NCBI GenBank assembly: GCA_964234715.1
Contig: OZ174280.1
Length of the DNA stretch: 64,000 nucleotides
Source of the DNA: Podarcis melisellensis
Lineage: Eukaryota
Reading direction: 5' to 3' (one strand)
Position 1 is the stretch's first letter; every line of letters starts with the position of its first letter. Below are positions 36,346 to 49,299 of this stretch, piece after piece. Below the pieces are notes generated by a model. It did not search any database, was not told the DNA's origin, and worked only from the letters and a program-made list of their open reading frames with translations. Position numbers and translations under genes: made by a program.

Positions 36346-38451
36346 CTGCACTATAAAGTTTCATGGCTATGTGGTAAGGCAGGGTATAAATTTAAGTAAA
36401 TGGATTAAAGAAATCACTTCTGTTCCAGTCGCTGGAGCCTCCAAATCAGAGTGTCATGACTTTCTGATCCTCAGACATCATAGTTAAGTCACAGCTCCAC
36501 CTCTGAAGCCTCCAGGGAAACATACAGAGCATGTGGAAGGCAGAGTCGTGAAGAAGCATCATAATGAGAGAGGTCAAAGGAGACAACTATCTTCTTTATA
36601 TCTCTCAGTCGATTAAGAGATTGTTCCTAAAACACCAGGGGAGAATGAAAACATATATCACCTGAATCGGCCGGGGACAGGCAATAAAACAAAAATAAAA
36701 AGGGAATATAATTTATGAGGCACAGTAAAAAATATCCTGGGAACTGGGTTATGGAGAAGAATTCATTCAATCTGATTCAGTGCATCTTTTAAAAATGATG
36801 AAGTATATTACAGACCTTCCTTATAGTTGAAAAAATGAGGGAGGGAATCTGTTTCCCCCACCCACTCAGGGCTTTTTCAGTCATAGGCCACTTTGCCCAC
36901 TGAAACCTTGCAACGAAGAAGCAAAGTTCATTGTTTCTAATATCCTTTCCAAATGTTGGTGTTTTTCAGAAGGTGAAAGCGCAGTTGTTACTATTAGACA
37001 TTATGGGTGATGCAGCCAATATCCCCCCAGCCAATCATCAATTCCTGTGAAGTCTCATTTTCTCAGCACTAAAATTGGCAACACCCTCTGCAACTGCAAT
37101 TTCCCCCAAAATTGACTCTGGGGGACAGAGGCACCATCTTCTGAAGAACATTGAGGGGGCCCAATGCAACCTTCTCACATCGTGCAAATGACATCATGCA
37201 ATGCCCTGATGTTGCTCCATGACCAGCTCTGTGTTTAGCCTCAACAATGGGAGGGGCAACCCGCAGATTGAGGGGGCCCACAGAGCCTCAGCCCCAAGGA
37301 ACCAGCACCTATGCTGGGGGGGGGATTGCAAGAATCCCCAGAACAGTGGATGTGGGGAGGAGAGGCAGTTTGTTCCATATAGCAAGCTGTGATGCTTGTG
37401 CAGAGGGAACAGATTAATGTTGAATTCCACCCATTGTAACCTTTATTTGTAGAGGATCTCCTCCAGCTTCACGACCATTTTAGTTTCCCTTTTCTGCACA
37501 TGTCTCCCAGTTGCCTGAATCCACCCTGAAGTGCTTCAAAACTAAAGAATCTAGCTTGACCAGAGACTGCAGAGGGGGAAAGTGTTGCGTGCATGTGTAT
37601 AGACCCAAAGGGAGTAACAATAGCTCCATATACAATCTTCAAGCCTCTAAACATCACTGTCTGTGTGTACACGACATAGAACTCCACTGTCCATGCATCA
37701 ATTTCCTAAGAATAACAGCAGAGATGGGGGAGAAGGAGGCGTACATAGGTGTGTGGAGAAAATGAGACACATATCTCAGCCAAGGGAAGGCTAACTGAAA
37801 TATAAATATGACGGTGAAGAGGTCTGGGACATGGACCAGCTCCATGCTCCATTGAAAGAGGTCTTTGGAGAAGCTCTGACCTTATGGACATGAAAGAGAA
37901 ATGGTTCTTTGTAGAAAGTTTCTCCCTCTTTAAGATCTGAATGGAGTGCCCACCCCAACTGCCAGCTCAGCTCCCTTTGCCTGCCCAGCAGGTAATTAAA
38001 CCTTTTATTCCAAGTCTCAAGGCATCAAACATGCCCATCAAAGGGTGAACCCCTGGCAAGCAGGTTAACTGGCTTTATAAAGACCACGAGAGGAATGGGA
38101 CTGGGGTGCTCCCAGAGCAGTTCTCACAAGAAAGTTTACTTTCAGTGGGTGAAATTCAATGTCACACTCTTCCGGCTGTTCCATTTGAACAATCATTTCA
38201 GCTAGTCATATGGAACAATCTAATCCCCACCCCCACCCCATCTCCTGCTGCTGGTGCCACCACAACTCATTTTGCCATCTGCAAATGGAGTGGCAAATGA
38301 TGGGAAGCATGCAGAGAAAGGCCATTGTGGCCCACCCAAAGAGGCCGTAATCTGAACACATAAACACACAAGCCCAATGCACAACCAAAGCCATTGATTT
38401 CAACCAGCTCCTGTAGCTGACATGGCACGAGATGGTATTCTTAGTGGGAAT

Positions 38452-38624
38452 GGCCATAGATTAATGTTTGAGCACATGCCTCACATGCCAAAATGGTCCC
38501 AGGTTCATTTTTTACATATACAAGTAAAGATGGGAAAGGCACACTGCCTGAATCCCTCAAGGTAGACTGTACTGAGCTAGATGGCCTAATGGTCTTATGA
38601 GTATAAGGCAGCTTCCCATATCCC
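38452..38624 (+). mobile_element. Old tRNA-derived SINE (decayed)
   Basis: GGCCATAG head, GGTCCCAGGTTCA B-box, AAGGCAGCTTCCCATAT tail. Confidence 0.55.
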
Positions 38625-38724
38625 ATCAGAACTTGTGCACAATATAGGAGGTGGAGAAGGTCTCAACCAGCAAATGGATGCCTTTTAGAACTTGAGAGAC
38701 TGAAGGGCACAGAACAGCTTACAG

Positions 38725-38848
38725 CAGGAGTGACGAAGCTGTGGACCTCCACCTCTAACTCTCATCAGACCCAGCTGGAATGGCCAATGGCCAGAGATGA
38801 GAGATGTAGTCCAACAACATCTGGTGGGCCACACGTTAGCCACCCCTG
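38725..38848. mobile_element. Degenerate palindromic hAT MITE
   Basis: CAGGAGTGACGAAGCTGTGGACCTCCA...TGGTGGGCCACACGTTAGCCACCCCTG. Confidence 0.6.
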
Positions 38849-39961
38849 TTGATGCCATAATAAAATGTGTTGGTCTTTCTTGGTCTTTGTTGTTTTTGCT
38901 GCCACAGTCCAGCATGGCCACCCTTCTGGCAATAGCTCAAAAATATATAATGTGTGGATTGGCCTATGGTCCTGGGATCCAAAGCGTCAGACGGCTCATT
39001 CTTGGAAGGAACATCAGCTTCTTTGTGAACGACAGCAGATTTGTTTTAAAGGTCTCAGAACCTTAAAGTTTTCCTAATTGAAAAAAAGTCCTACGGTGCC
39101 CTCATCCCTTGCCCTTTGCACATTGGATACAACAGAGCAGATGCAGGCATTACCTTACACCAGGAAATTAAAATCAGATAAGAGGCCAGGTCCCTACTCG
39201 CTGCCCTGTGGAGTTTGATCTTTCACCAAGAATTCATATTAGAGAGGAGATGATGAGATCTCGTGTTATTGCTTGTAACAAAGCACCGCAAAGGTCATGA
39301 GCTGTCTAATACAGAGAAGTTGATCTGTATGTGCCTCTGAGACACTCCTAGATTGACTTACTGCAATGCCTTGTTTGTCAAGGTATCTGGAAATTTAGCA
39401 GTATTTGCCAACCTGTTTGGAATACAAAAGACTCAATGGATTTGACAAACTCTTAAGGAATTCATCATCTGTTCTTTTCCTGTTTTCATTAACAATCAGT
39501 CCCCTTTGCATGTAAATCCCACTTGGGTGGTTTGAACATAAGCAGTAAGACTTTGAACAGAAGCCTTCACAAGCCGAAGTGTCCTGTTCAAGCACAGTAG
39601 GAAGAAGTTTTTGTTGTGCTGCAATCCTCCCACCCACCCAACCCACCAAAAAGCCACACTAGTCTCAGCAGAAATTTTCAACTTTCGCTAGATTGTTTTG
39701 ACCATGATCATTAAGAAATTTCAAGACATTCATGGGACATTTCTCTGTTTTTGTGATAGTTTAGAACAGTTATCAATAAAAGAGAATCCAAGTGGAAAAC
39801 TATTTTAGGGAATTTATTTTATTTATTTATTTGTTTGTTTGTTTGTTTGTTTGTTGTTTCTTTTTTTAAAAAAACTTCATATGAAACCAATGTCTCAGAA
39901 AGTACAGTTGCAGGGTTTTAATATGCAGAGATTTATGTTTTATTCTAATTCATAAGGTGAG

Positions 39962-40096
39962 CCTTCACCAAACTAGCACCCTCTAGATATGTTGAACTAC
40001 AACTCCCACCATCCCTGACCATTTGCCATGCTGGCTATAGCTGATAGGAGTTGGAGTTCAACAAGATATGGATAACATCAAGTTGGGAAAGGCTTC
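39962..40096. mobile_element. Degenerate palindromic MITE
   Basis: GTTGAACTACAACTCCCACCA...TGATAGGAGTTGGAGTTCAAC inverted arms; GCCTT...AAGGC ends. Confidence 0.6.
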
Positions 40097-41027
40097 ATAA
40101 GACTAACTGTTAAGCACTATATCATTGGAAGATTATCCACATTTAGGAACTGTGGTACTTACTTATGAATTGGCATGTACAGAATGGCACTGTTGACAAT
40201 ACACACTGAGGATTTCCCTTGCAAGTGTCAGGCCCTGGTTGGCATGAAACACTCTAAGCTCCTGCCAAACTCAGCCTGGTGATACTTTTCTGTGGCTTGT
40301 TCAGCTTCAAGTCTTTTCTGTCTTTCAGTGCCTTCCAACTCTTTCCCTACACCTTGCCTGGAAGAAAACTCAAAGCATTGTACAGAGCTCCAAAGAACTG
40401 ATAAGAAGCATATCCATTGCTTAGCTTCCTTAATTTATTCTTTGCAAAGCTCATTTTGATTTTGGCTTGATTCTCTTTTACTCTGATTACAGATTTCTTA
40501 AGTTGTGGCCTGGATGCTGTGTGTTTTTGAGACAATTTGTGAATGGCATTTCCATACTGGAAAGCATTTTATTCAGCAGTCTGTTCTACTGCCAAACAAT
40601 CCCATCCACTGGGAAGTTTTCCTGGGCAAGCTTCATTGAAATGGATGGGATCCATGCAAAAACAGCACAAATCCAGCTCACAATGAGCAGCAAGATATGA
40701 AAAGTGGGTGCATTGGTATCATTTTGCTCATGGTGGATCCCTCAGATCAGTAGTTTGCTAGACATAGACACAGATCGGACTAATAAAGAAGGTTACCCTG
40801 ATAGTTTATAAAGCAGGTTCAGGGAAGCAAGCATGTGAGCTCTACTACAAAAGAAGGGATCAGAAGAGTTTTGGTGCCTGGTTTGATACACCATTGTTAT
40901 TCTCTCCAGGACTAAGCTACTTCCCTCTTTCAGCAGCAGCATAAAATCAGAATTGGGTATCTGGCACAGGGCATGGCACCCTGTCAAACTTGGCTTTCAT
41001 TTAAAAGAGGGAGGGAAGTCTCTAGTC

Positions 41028-41150
41028 CATGCATGAGGAACCTTTGACCTTTCAGATGTTGCTAGAGTGCAACTCCCATCATCCCGGGACAGTAGCTGGG
41101 GTTGATGGGAATCCAACAACAACTGGTGAGAAAGAAGTTCCACATTCCTG
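41028..41150. mobile_element. Degenerate palindromic hAT MITE
   Basis: Flanks CTCTAGTC / CTGTAGTC (7/8 TSD); AACTCCCATCA...TGATGGGAAT arms. Confidence 0.7.
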
Positions 41151-41251
41151 CTGTAGTCCTCTTGCTTATAGGGAATCCTATAAAACTGGGGGCCTTGTAA
41201 GCCATTTAGTCCAATTCCTGCTCAGTTTATGGAAGCCAGATATAGGGTATC

Positions 41252-41500
41252 CATAAGAACATAGGAAGAGCCTGCTGGTCCAAGCCTGTGGCCCATCTAG
41301 ATGAGCATCATGTTCTCATAATGGCCAACGATGGGAAGCCAACAAACAGGATCTGAGTGTAACAGCATTCGCCCCTCCCACAACTGATTTTCAGAACCAT
41401 GCTGCCTCTGACAGCAGAGGCAGAACATAGCAATTAGGGTTAGCAGCCATTAATAGTCTTCTCCTCCATGAATTTGTGTAATGCACTTTTAAAGCCATAG
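41252..41500 (-). mobile_element. CR1 LINE 3' end
   Basis: CATAAGAACATAGGAAGAGCCTGCTGG tail; reverse complement of the CR1 ORF2 end (GFKSALHKFMEEKTING). Confidence 0.8.
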
Positions 41501-43515
41501 GTATGTCACCTCACGCAATATAGTACAGAAATTCTTCTTCTTGCCATTTCCGCAAAAGAGCACCTGGGACACAAATGTAAGACAATGTTACTGACATATT
41601 CAAGATGCAACTGCCTCAAATGTTATCTCAGTCTTTCCATTTAACTGTCTAGTAACATGCCCTTAATTATCTGTCAAGTCCGGCTCCACTTTAGGCAGGC
41701 AGCACCTGTCAAATCCATCTCTGCAATATGAATCGTGCCAACATGTCAGGGTGTCTGATCGCACCTCTTGACAGTTGCTGAAGGCACAAAGATCAAACCT
41801 TCAGTTCAAGCAACAGGGAAATATCACAGTTGCAGGTTTCACAGGGGCTAAATGAACTCAGCCTTTGGCAAGCCTTCTGCTCTCCATGCACTGGATTGCA
41901 CCAGACATTACAGAGTGATCTGGGTTAGCAAACATCTCTCTTCTGAATGCCAACAATTTTTTCAGGCAATGGATGTAATGGGGAATAACCAGAAAATATG
42001 AGGGACAATGGTCCAGATTTGGTTTTTTTTAGTTGTTTTTAATGTTCCTAAAATTATAAGCTTGAAGAATTTTGAAGATCAGGGACTGGCATAAGCCATT
42101 TTGCTGCCTGAAGTGAAGGACAAGATGGTGCCCCCTCTGTTGCATGTACAAAAGCAGACTGGACTGGAAGATGAATCTTATTTCAACACTGGCAATGGGC
42201 AAGTTCACCTGAGGGCAGCAGACTCACATCGGTGATGCAGTGCAGACCTTGTTGTACACATAGCTTTATCCTCCAGCATCTGCTAGTCCTGAAACGTTTG
42301 TAGGAACTGCTCTTTCCTGTTGCTATTTGTCTGGACTGGTTATTCTGAACAAATGATTTCTTAACAAGTTTTTGACGTTCTTTTATGCACATAATTGAAG
42401 AGTGATAAAAAGCTGAGTTTTCCCCACTACATGAATACACATTATACAGTAATATACAGAATAAAGAAGCAAATCCTTTGCGGCAGTTGGTAGTGTGAGT
42501 ATGGAACCAGGGGACCATTCTCAAGTTCTCTTAACAACCTTCACTACTGTGTCACAGTCAGGAGTGTGGAAAGACTATTTCCCTACCATTTTAATCCTTC
42601 CTTATTGGTGAAGCGTGGCTTCCAATCCACTTTAGTGGCTTTTAACAGGCAGTTGTAATTATTCCCAACTCACACAAACTGCAAAAGTGTGATTTTGTGT
42701 AAATGATGCATAGATTGGAATGGATTTCCAATTGAACCATGCTTGAGGAAATGGAGGGGAGGAGAGGTGTGTTGGTATGAAATATGTAGGCTTTTCAACC
42801 CTGTTCTGTTATACATCCCTTAATTTCTTTATATTTACTATTAGGAAGTCAACGTTGTAAATTTTTCACAATAACGTGGCTGCGCCCAGCAGTTCAGTGG
42901 TGCTCTTAAGGGATTCTGCCCTTAGGAATGCTGATCAACAGAAATCCTCTGTCAATTTGGAATGCAGTATGATCAATGTGCTGATGAAACCCACCTCTAT
43001 TTCCCCTTGCCCTACTCCCATCAATTCCATGATTTAGTCCGTGTAGAAAGACTGAACTGAAATCTCTAGCCATTTTTCTGCCCCATTGGCAGATGATGAG
43101 ATTGAGGACGTATTTTGATTATTTGAAGCAAGGTGTATATGTGGCTGAATTTACCCATAGTGGTAGCAGAATTCTTCTTAAAGTTGTCAACCACCATTTT
43201 CCCTTACAGGTTCCCACATAACACATCCATGTCAGTGCATAACATCATTCTGGATAAAGGGGAGGGGGCATTTTCCAACATCTTCCACTAAGGGAAGCAA
43301 CACCATTGTGAAACTGGTGTTGGTGAACAAAGGTGAGCTAGGTTTCAGGATCCATCGTCCCCAAACCCACCACCATCCATTTTTGAGTGGAAAATTAACT
43401 ATAAAATGTTTAGCTCTGTAATCCCTGAATTAATGCCTGAAGACTGTTGTAGGCTGTGTTAAGATAACAAGTTGAAGCTTACTAGAAAGAAGATAGGGAT
43501 TATCATGTGGGTCTT

Positions 43516-43699
43516 GGGGTGTATAAGGCATTAGGGGGGAGATAGTACCTCTAGTGGGGGACACATCATGCTCCCTCTGGGATAGTTTGTCCACCTTTGG
43601 TCCCCACATTGCACTCTGCTCTCACCTTTGGCTCCTAGAAGCTGTCAGCATGCAACAGCGGCCACATCCCAGGAACGGCTTCTACTGGCCAGGTGAGAG
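43516..43699 (+). ncRNA. Putative decayed HDV-like self-cleaving ribozyme
   Basis: P1 GGGGTGT/ACATCCC, P2 CTCTCACCT/AGGTGAGAG, P3 GGC/GCC, L3 starting TCC, GG after P1'; J4/2 deleted in this copy. Confidence 0.55.
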
Positions 43700-43802
43700 T
43701 CGCCAATAGATTTCAAACCCTCAGTGAGTTAGGGTCTTACCCTGCATGCAAAGACAGGCTCTGTCAGATTGTGCAGACAAGACCAATAGTGAATCCACAG
43801 GG
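43516..43802 (+). mobile_element. RTE-type 5' UTR fragment (second copy)
   Basis: Colinear with 31552-31830 (ACCTCT.GTGGGGGACAC, AGTTTGTCCAC, CTCTCACCT, CCTAGAAGCTGT, CCTCAGTGAGTTAGGG). Confidence 0.75.
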
Positions 43803-44037
43803 ACAGAACACCCCAATGTAGATCTCCCCCCCCCATTCCTGATTTAGCTCTTCACTCACTCCTTCTTCTCCAGTGAGGAGGGAGGTGCCACTCAGTGGTT
43901 TGCCTCAGGTCCCAAAATTTATTGGGCCAGCCCTGGAGAGGATATTACTTCCAGTGCAAGTTTTTCTGCATGTGTTCCTTGTTTGCTTGCAGACCCAATT
44001 CAAAGTAGTGCTGATTACCTTTAAAAGCATTTCAGTG

Positions 44038-44163
44038 CAGACAGAGAACCTATGACCCTTCAGATTCCAGCTTTCATCAATCCCAGCCACCATGGCCAAT
44101 AGGCAGGGATGACAGAAGCTGGAGTCCAACAACATCTGGAGGGCCACAGGTTCTCCATTTCTG
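44038..44163. mobile_element. Degenerate palindromic hAT MITE
   Basis: GAGAACCTATGACCCTTCAGAT...ATCTGGAGGGCCACAGGTTCTC inverted arms. Confidence 0.6.
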
Positions 44164-44362
44164 CCTTACATGCTTGGAATCCATACCTTCAAGACTACAT
44201 CCTCCAGAGTCAGGATTGTAAGGGCACAGGATTGCACCTCCTCCATTGTGATCCCCACATTTTGGGAAGCATTGCCTCCTTATTGACCTTTTAGTAGCTA
44301 GTGAAAATAAAATTTTGGAAAGCATTTTATACTGATTAATAGCATATGGTGCTCATTCTTCT

Positions 44363-44366
<4 letters not shown>

Positions 44367-44394
<28 letters not shown>
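44367..44394. repeat. (CT)n microsatellite
   Basis: Read directly. Confidence 0.95.
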
Positions 44395-44397
<3 letters not shown>

Positions 44398-45689
44398 CTT
44401 GTACTTTTAAATTGTTCAACAGATATTATAATGGTTATTTTTGTGCCTTTTAAAATGTACCTTGTATTTTTATGGTTGCGTCTTACAACTATGGTTCAGA
44501 TTATTGTATTGTGTTTCATTGTTATCTCATGCATGTTGCACACTACTTTAAGTGCCACTTCCTCGCTGTGAACTGCAACTAAATTTGACAAAATAAACAC
44601 ATAAATGTGTGTCTGTGTGTCTCCTGCCTTCCAGCTCATCCTTCCTTGGGAATTCCAAAAATCCCCAGCAGCAATGTCTCAGAAGAGTTTGTGATGTCTT
44701 CTCTAATGTGGTGCTTTCCAGATGTTAGGGGATACAACAGTGACCATTAGCTATGCCGGCTGCAGCTGATAGGAGTTGGAATTGAACAACATCTGGAGGA
44801 TACTAAGTAATGGAATGCTGGTTTGGGGGATATAACAAATTATATATTCATTCCCTGAAAGTGCATTTGCTGACAAACCTTTTCAAACAGACAAAATTAA
44901 GACCATTCCAGTGTCTTCATTACTGTATTTAATTAAGCAGATGTTTTCCTTAGTTTTGACATCTGGAGATTCCCATGTGATTTACATTTCTACTATGAAA
45001 TTGTATACAGATGGTAAAAAAACAACCCTGAATATACCCTCCCACCTCTCAGGCAATTGGTGATATTTCCTCTATATAAACTAAGCTCTTAATAACTGCT
45101 CATTCTACCCTCCGCCTTTACTGTTAACTTCCAATTTTTCCTTGCATGCTTCCAAATGAGTTTTGTAATGAATTCATAAATGTAAATAAGAATCCTTACA
45201 ATGAAAGATTAGGCAATTGGAAAATGATTTAATTTTTCATCATTCTGGATTATAGAGTGCAGATATTTATATCAATTGAATGTGCACTTTTAAAGCAAAT
45301 TTTGCAAGTTGGGTGTTTTTCTTAATCTGCTCCTTCTAGTCTTCTGAATACGTGATGAGAGACTCAGTCATAAATGTAAAGTGCATGTGTTCTGTTTTGT
45401 ATGTACCAAATGATTCATCTTTGATTAGCCATTCTATCACTAATTCAAGAGTTAATTAATACAGGATATATTAAATCATGTCATATCAAGTTTTGCACAG
45501 TAACCCATAACTCAGAAATTATTATTCACTTTTTCAGCTAATAGCCTCATAATGAAGTTTTATACCAACTAATGAACAGGCCTTATACTGTCAGAGCCGT
45601 AGTGCTATTTAAAGAAAATGCTGCTTATAAGGCTGTAACCCTTGTAATGGTTTGTAACCAGCTAGATTACTGGCCTGGGTTTCATTTAG

Positions 45690-45890
45690 AACTCATATTA
45701 ACCCCTGCTTTAAATCAAATGCACTGGCTGCCAGTTTGTTCCCAGGCTCAATTCAAGGTGCTCACATTAGTGTTTAAAGCCCTGAATAACTTAGGCCCCA
45801 AATATCTAAAGGATAATCTCCTTCTCTACAGACTACTTCAGGTGTTAAGATTGGCAGTGGGGACTCTCTAGGTAGCTCTACCACCCTCAA
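45690..45890 (+). mobile_element. L2-group LINE ORF2 fragment
   Basis: LTPALNQMHWLPVCSQAQFKVLTLVFKALNNLGPKYLKD is the L2 HWLP..R..FK...KAL..LGP.YL motif. Confidence 0.85.
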
Positions 45891-48800
45891 AATTGTGTAC
45901 AAATTGACACAATTTGGTTCAGGGTTCAGACAAATCAGTTGTGTGGTCCTATTGTGGACCTCCTTCTCTGCCCATGAAGAGTGAAGTCCAAGGCCAGAAA
46001 AGGAGTTCCACCAGTGGAGACCTCCTTATTGTGATGGCAGAAAGCTATTCCAGCACCACCCCTCTGCTGTTGATAGTCCAGTGATGAAGGGGGTGAAAAG
46101 ACGTGTGTTGGGAGAAGGTTGGGGGAGGCTTTGTAGCCACACGATTCAAAGCTCTCCTTTGCTTCTGCCATATCTCTGAATAGAAAGAACAACTACACCA
46201 GTCCTGGAGCTAGCACATACCCGTCAACTGCCCTGTTTTAAGCAGGACATCCTGGAATCACAGAAGCCAATCCTGGCTTCCATTTGATTCCCAGGTGTCC
46301 TGCTTTTTTTGGTCTGGTGCTCTAGCGCAAGTCCTTGTTCAGAGCACTGAACCAAAAGACTCTCACTTTGGCACTTGTGAGGAGGGTCACACCAGAGGTT
46401 CAGGCATCACCCTGCTCATGAGCACCAGAGTGCTTTTCAGTCTGGTGCTCTGGGCTCATCAATAAGATCAAAGGTCCAGCACACTGGCATAACCCTCTGA
46501 TGAGCCCAGTACACCGTGCTGCAATCTTGCTCTCTCTCTCACCCCCAAAAAGCACTCTAGAACATATATTTGCCCCACCCTACTCCCAGTTTTTTTAGCT
46601 AAATATCAGACTGAACTCTGCCCCCCTCCCCTCTGTTTCCAGCTGGCTTGCATCTTGGGCAAGACCAAGGAAGATCTGTGTCTGCTTGAAGAACAACTCA
46701 TAACTCTGAGTGGTGTAGGCTACCTCATTAACATAAGTAAACATCCTGAAATTCTATCCAAAGACCTATAAGTCGTAAAACCTAGCCTTCCCCACCTCAC
46801 CTTTGCAATGGAAAAATACAAGCCCTCATTATGTGTTCATGCATTTTTCACAGTAATTTAAAATACAACACAATTACCATTATACACCATTTGATGTAAC
46901 ATTAAATAACTCCAGCAACCCAGGCATAAATGGCTTTGGAAGCAAGCAAACAGGAAGAACACATTTTTAACTTTTCAACTTGACTTCTAATGGGTAACAT
47001 TGCAACAGGGGAAACTATTTAAATCAAAATGCATACCACTCATAGATTATTATTACTATTATTTTAGTTCATAATAACTTCACTTGCTGATAACTCTTCT
47101 GGTTTTCGTGTAGGCCATTTAATTCCAGACTTCCTTGAAACAAACAAACAAAAATGGTGATGCTTATAGGAAACATCATGCAAACCTCAGCTTTTGAATT
47201 TATCATAAAAGTTTTAACCCTCACAACTTAAAAAGGCAACTTGAAAGTACTGTAGGTGTGTGGGTTAAACAGAGCAAACAAACTTGACAAGCATTCAATC
47301 ATACCCCATCAGTGCTAATTCCTCACAATTTTTAGCTTTGTAAAGAAATCAGTGGGACAATGACTGTCCTAGAACTTATCTGCCCTTCCAACAACAGAAT
47401 CTATTCTTTCAGGGCAAACAGTCGCCCTTATTCCCCATAGAAACCAGTTAAACACAGAGGAACTCCATGTACTCCCAAAATGAGCCATTAAACAGATCCT
47501 GCTAACAGGTGTTCTTTTAGAAAGGCCTCCTAAGCTTTTAGAAACAAGGGGGGAGGGAGTGATTGCCTTTAATCACACACAAAAAAGCATATTCATTTTC
47601 ACAGCAGGATGGCAGGCTGCCTGGTCCAAAATGCTGCTAGGGACGCATGTGTTTCTACAGTCACGGTTACAGCACGGCCAAGGGAAAAGCAAAATCCATC
47701 CTTTCCCCTGCCTACAATTTCTTAATCTAGTTTGGAATCTTTTATTACCCCTGACTCCATCCCATTTCCATTTGTTTCTCTTTCCATCACCCTTTTTGCT
47801 TGCCAATTAAATTATGCACCCAAACCCATTGTTTTTACTGGCAGAAGAATGACCTTCTAGTATGTGCAGTTTTCCATGTAAGTCCCTTGTTGTTTCTAAA
47901 TAATGTATTGCGCGATATGACAACATTAATTGTAGCTTGGACTACTGGGCCCCTGTTCACAGAGCTAAGAGAAGCTGGTTCTTTATTTATTTCTGCTGTT
48001 CTTTTGTCAAGGATCTGGCTTGTTTTAATACTTGGGTGACTAGGAAGGCAAGTGGGTAGAACGAAAACCCATTTTTCTCCTTCAGGTCTTAGTTCTAGAG
48101 TTTCTTTTAATTAAAACATAATTATTTGAAAGACCAAGCAGAGGGGGTTCTGGGGTTGGCCCAACCCACCACCACCATCATGCCGCATTCCACTGACATC
48201 CATGCATTCAATGAACATTGGAAGGAGTGGTACCCACATACAGATATATGTTGGTAGAGCTCCATCCACATGAGAAGGAATACTTCCCAATCAGGGTCCC
48301 TCCTCACATTAAGGCACTCTATCCACATGTGTCTGTATAAAGCACCTTCTAACATCCATTGAACATGCAGAAGTTAGCCCTGGTGATAGGTGGGACAAGC
48401 TTGTGCAGTGGTGGGAGGAGACGAACCATGCAGCTCTGCCCATGTGTTATTTCAACGCATGGGGCATTTGCATGGACTCCCTCAACAGTGATGCACATTT
48501 ATGTGCACAGACTATTAGTCTGATGTAGTCATACAGTTCTCCATGAGATCTTTACACATGTGTTTGAACTAATGGCAGAAATTCTGTTGGTTAGAGCTCT
48601 AACCCAGCTGGAATTCATATTGGAGCTACAGCTTCCACAGTAGTTAGAATCATTTCCAGAATGGGCCCTGGATCTTCTGTTTCCCGTCAAGTTCTGAAGA
48701 GATCTTGGAAATACATGGAATTACAGAAAGGGGGAATGTAAATAAATGGACTTGACATGACATGTGACTTGACATGAGAGACACAGTTGTCACTGGCTGG

Positions 48801-49299
48801 ACTGCACTCACTTCCCACATCAACAATATCACTATCCATTGATGTCCTTGAGGACTTGATGATGAGAAAAGGTCTAGTATGGCCCAATGAAGCTTCCTCA
48901 GACTACACTAAAATTCTTTTCATCAGTTTTAAGCTAAATGACCCCAAAGTCTGTAAGTTATCTAGTTTCAATCAGAGGCTGCAAATTCTCTCATTATGGA
49001 GTCAGACCAGGTTTAAATCTCTGACGCTGAAGATCAGGAGATGATTGCACCTGAGGCTGACAGACAGGAGCCCCCAGAAGAACCTCCCATACCAACATGC
49101 CCTGTGGGACCAGAGCCAGGACCCTTACAGACACTTTCCCCTGTGCCCAAGTAACCCAGTGCCTCCCCTCATACCTCACTGGTCCAGAGGCACAGGGAGT
49201 GCACCAGGAGGGAGGTGATGGAACAGAGGGGATAGTCTGGGGCAGATGCTTAACGAGTCACAGTCCCATCTCAACCTTGTTGGAGCAAGTTGCTCACCT

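Noticed and set aside
48690-48720. Hammerhead core CTGAAGA...GAAA (and other CTGATGA hits)
   Set aside because: No convincing stem II or flanking stem I/III pairing at any hit I inspected.
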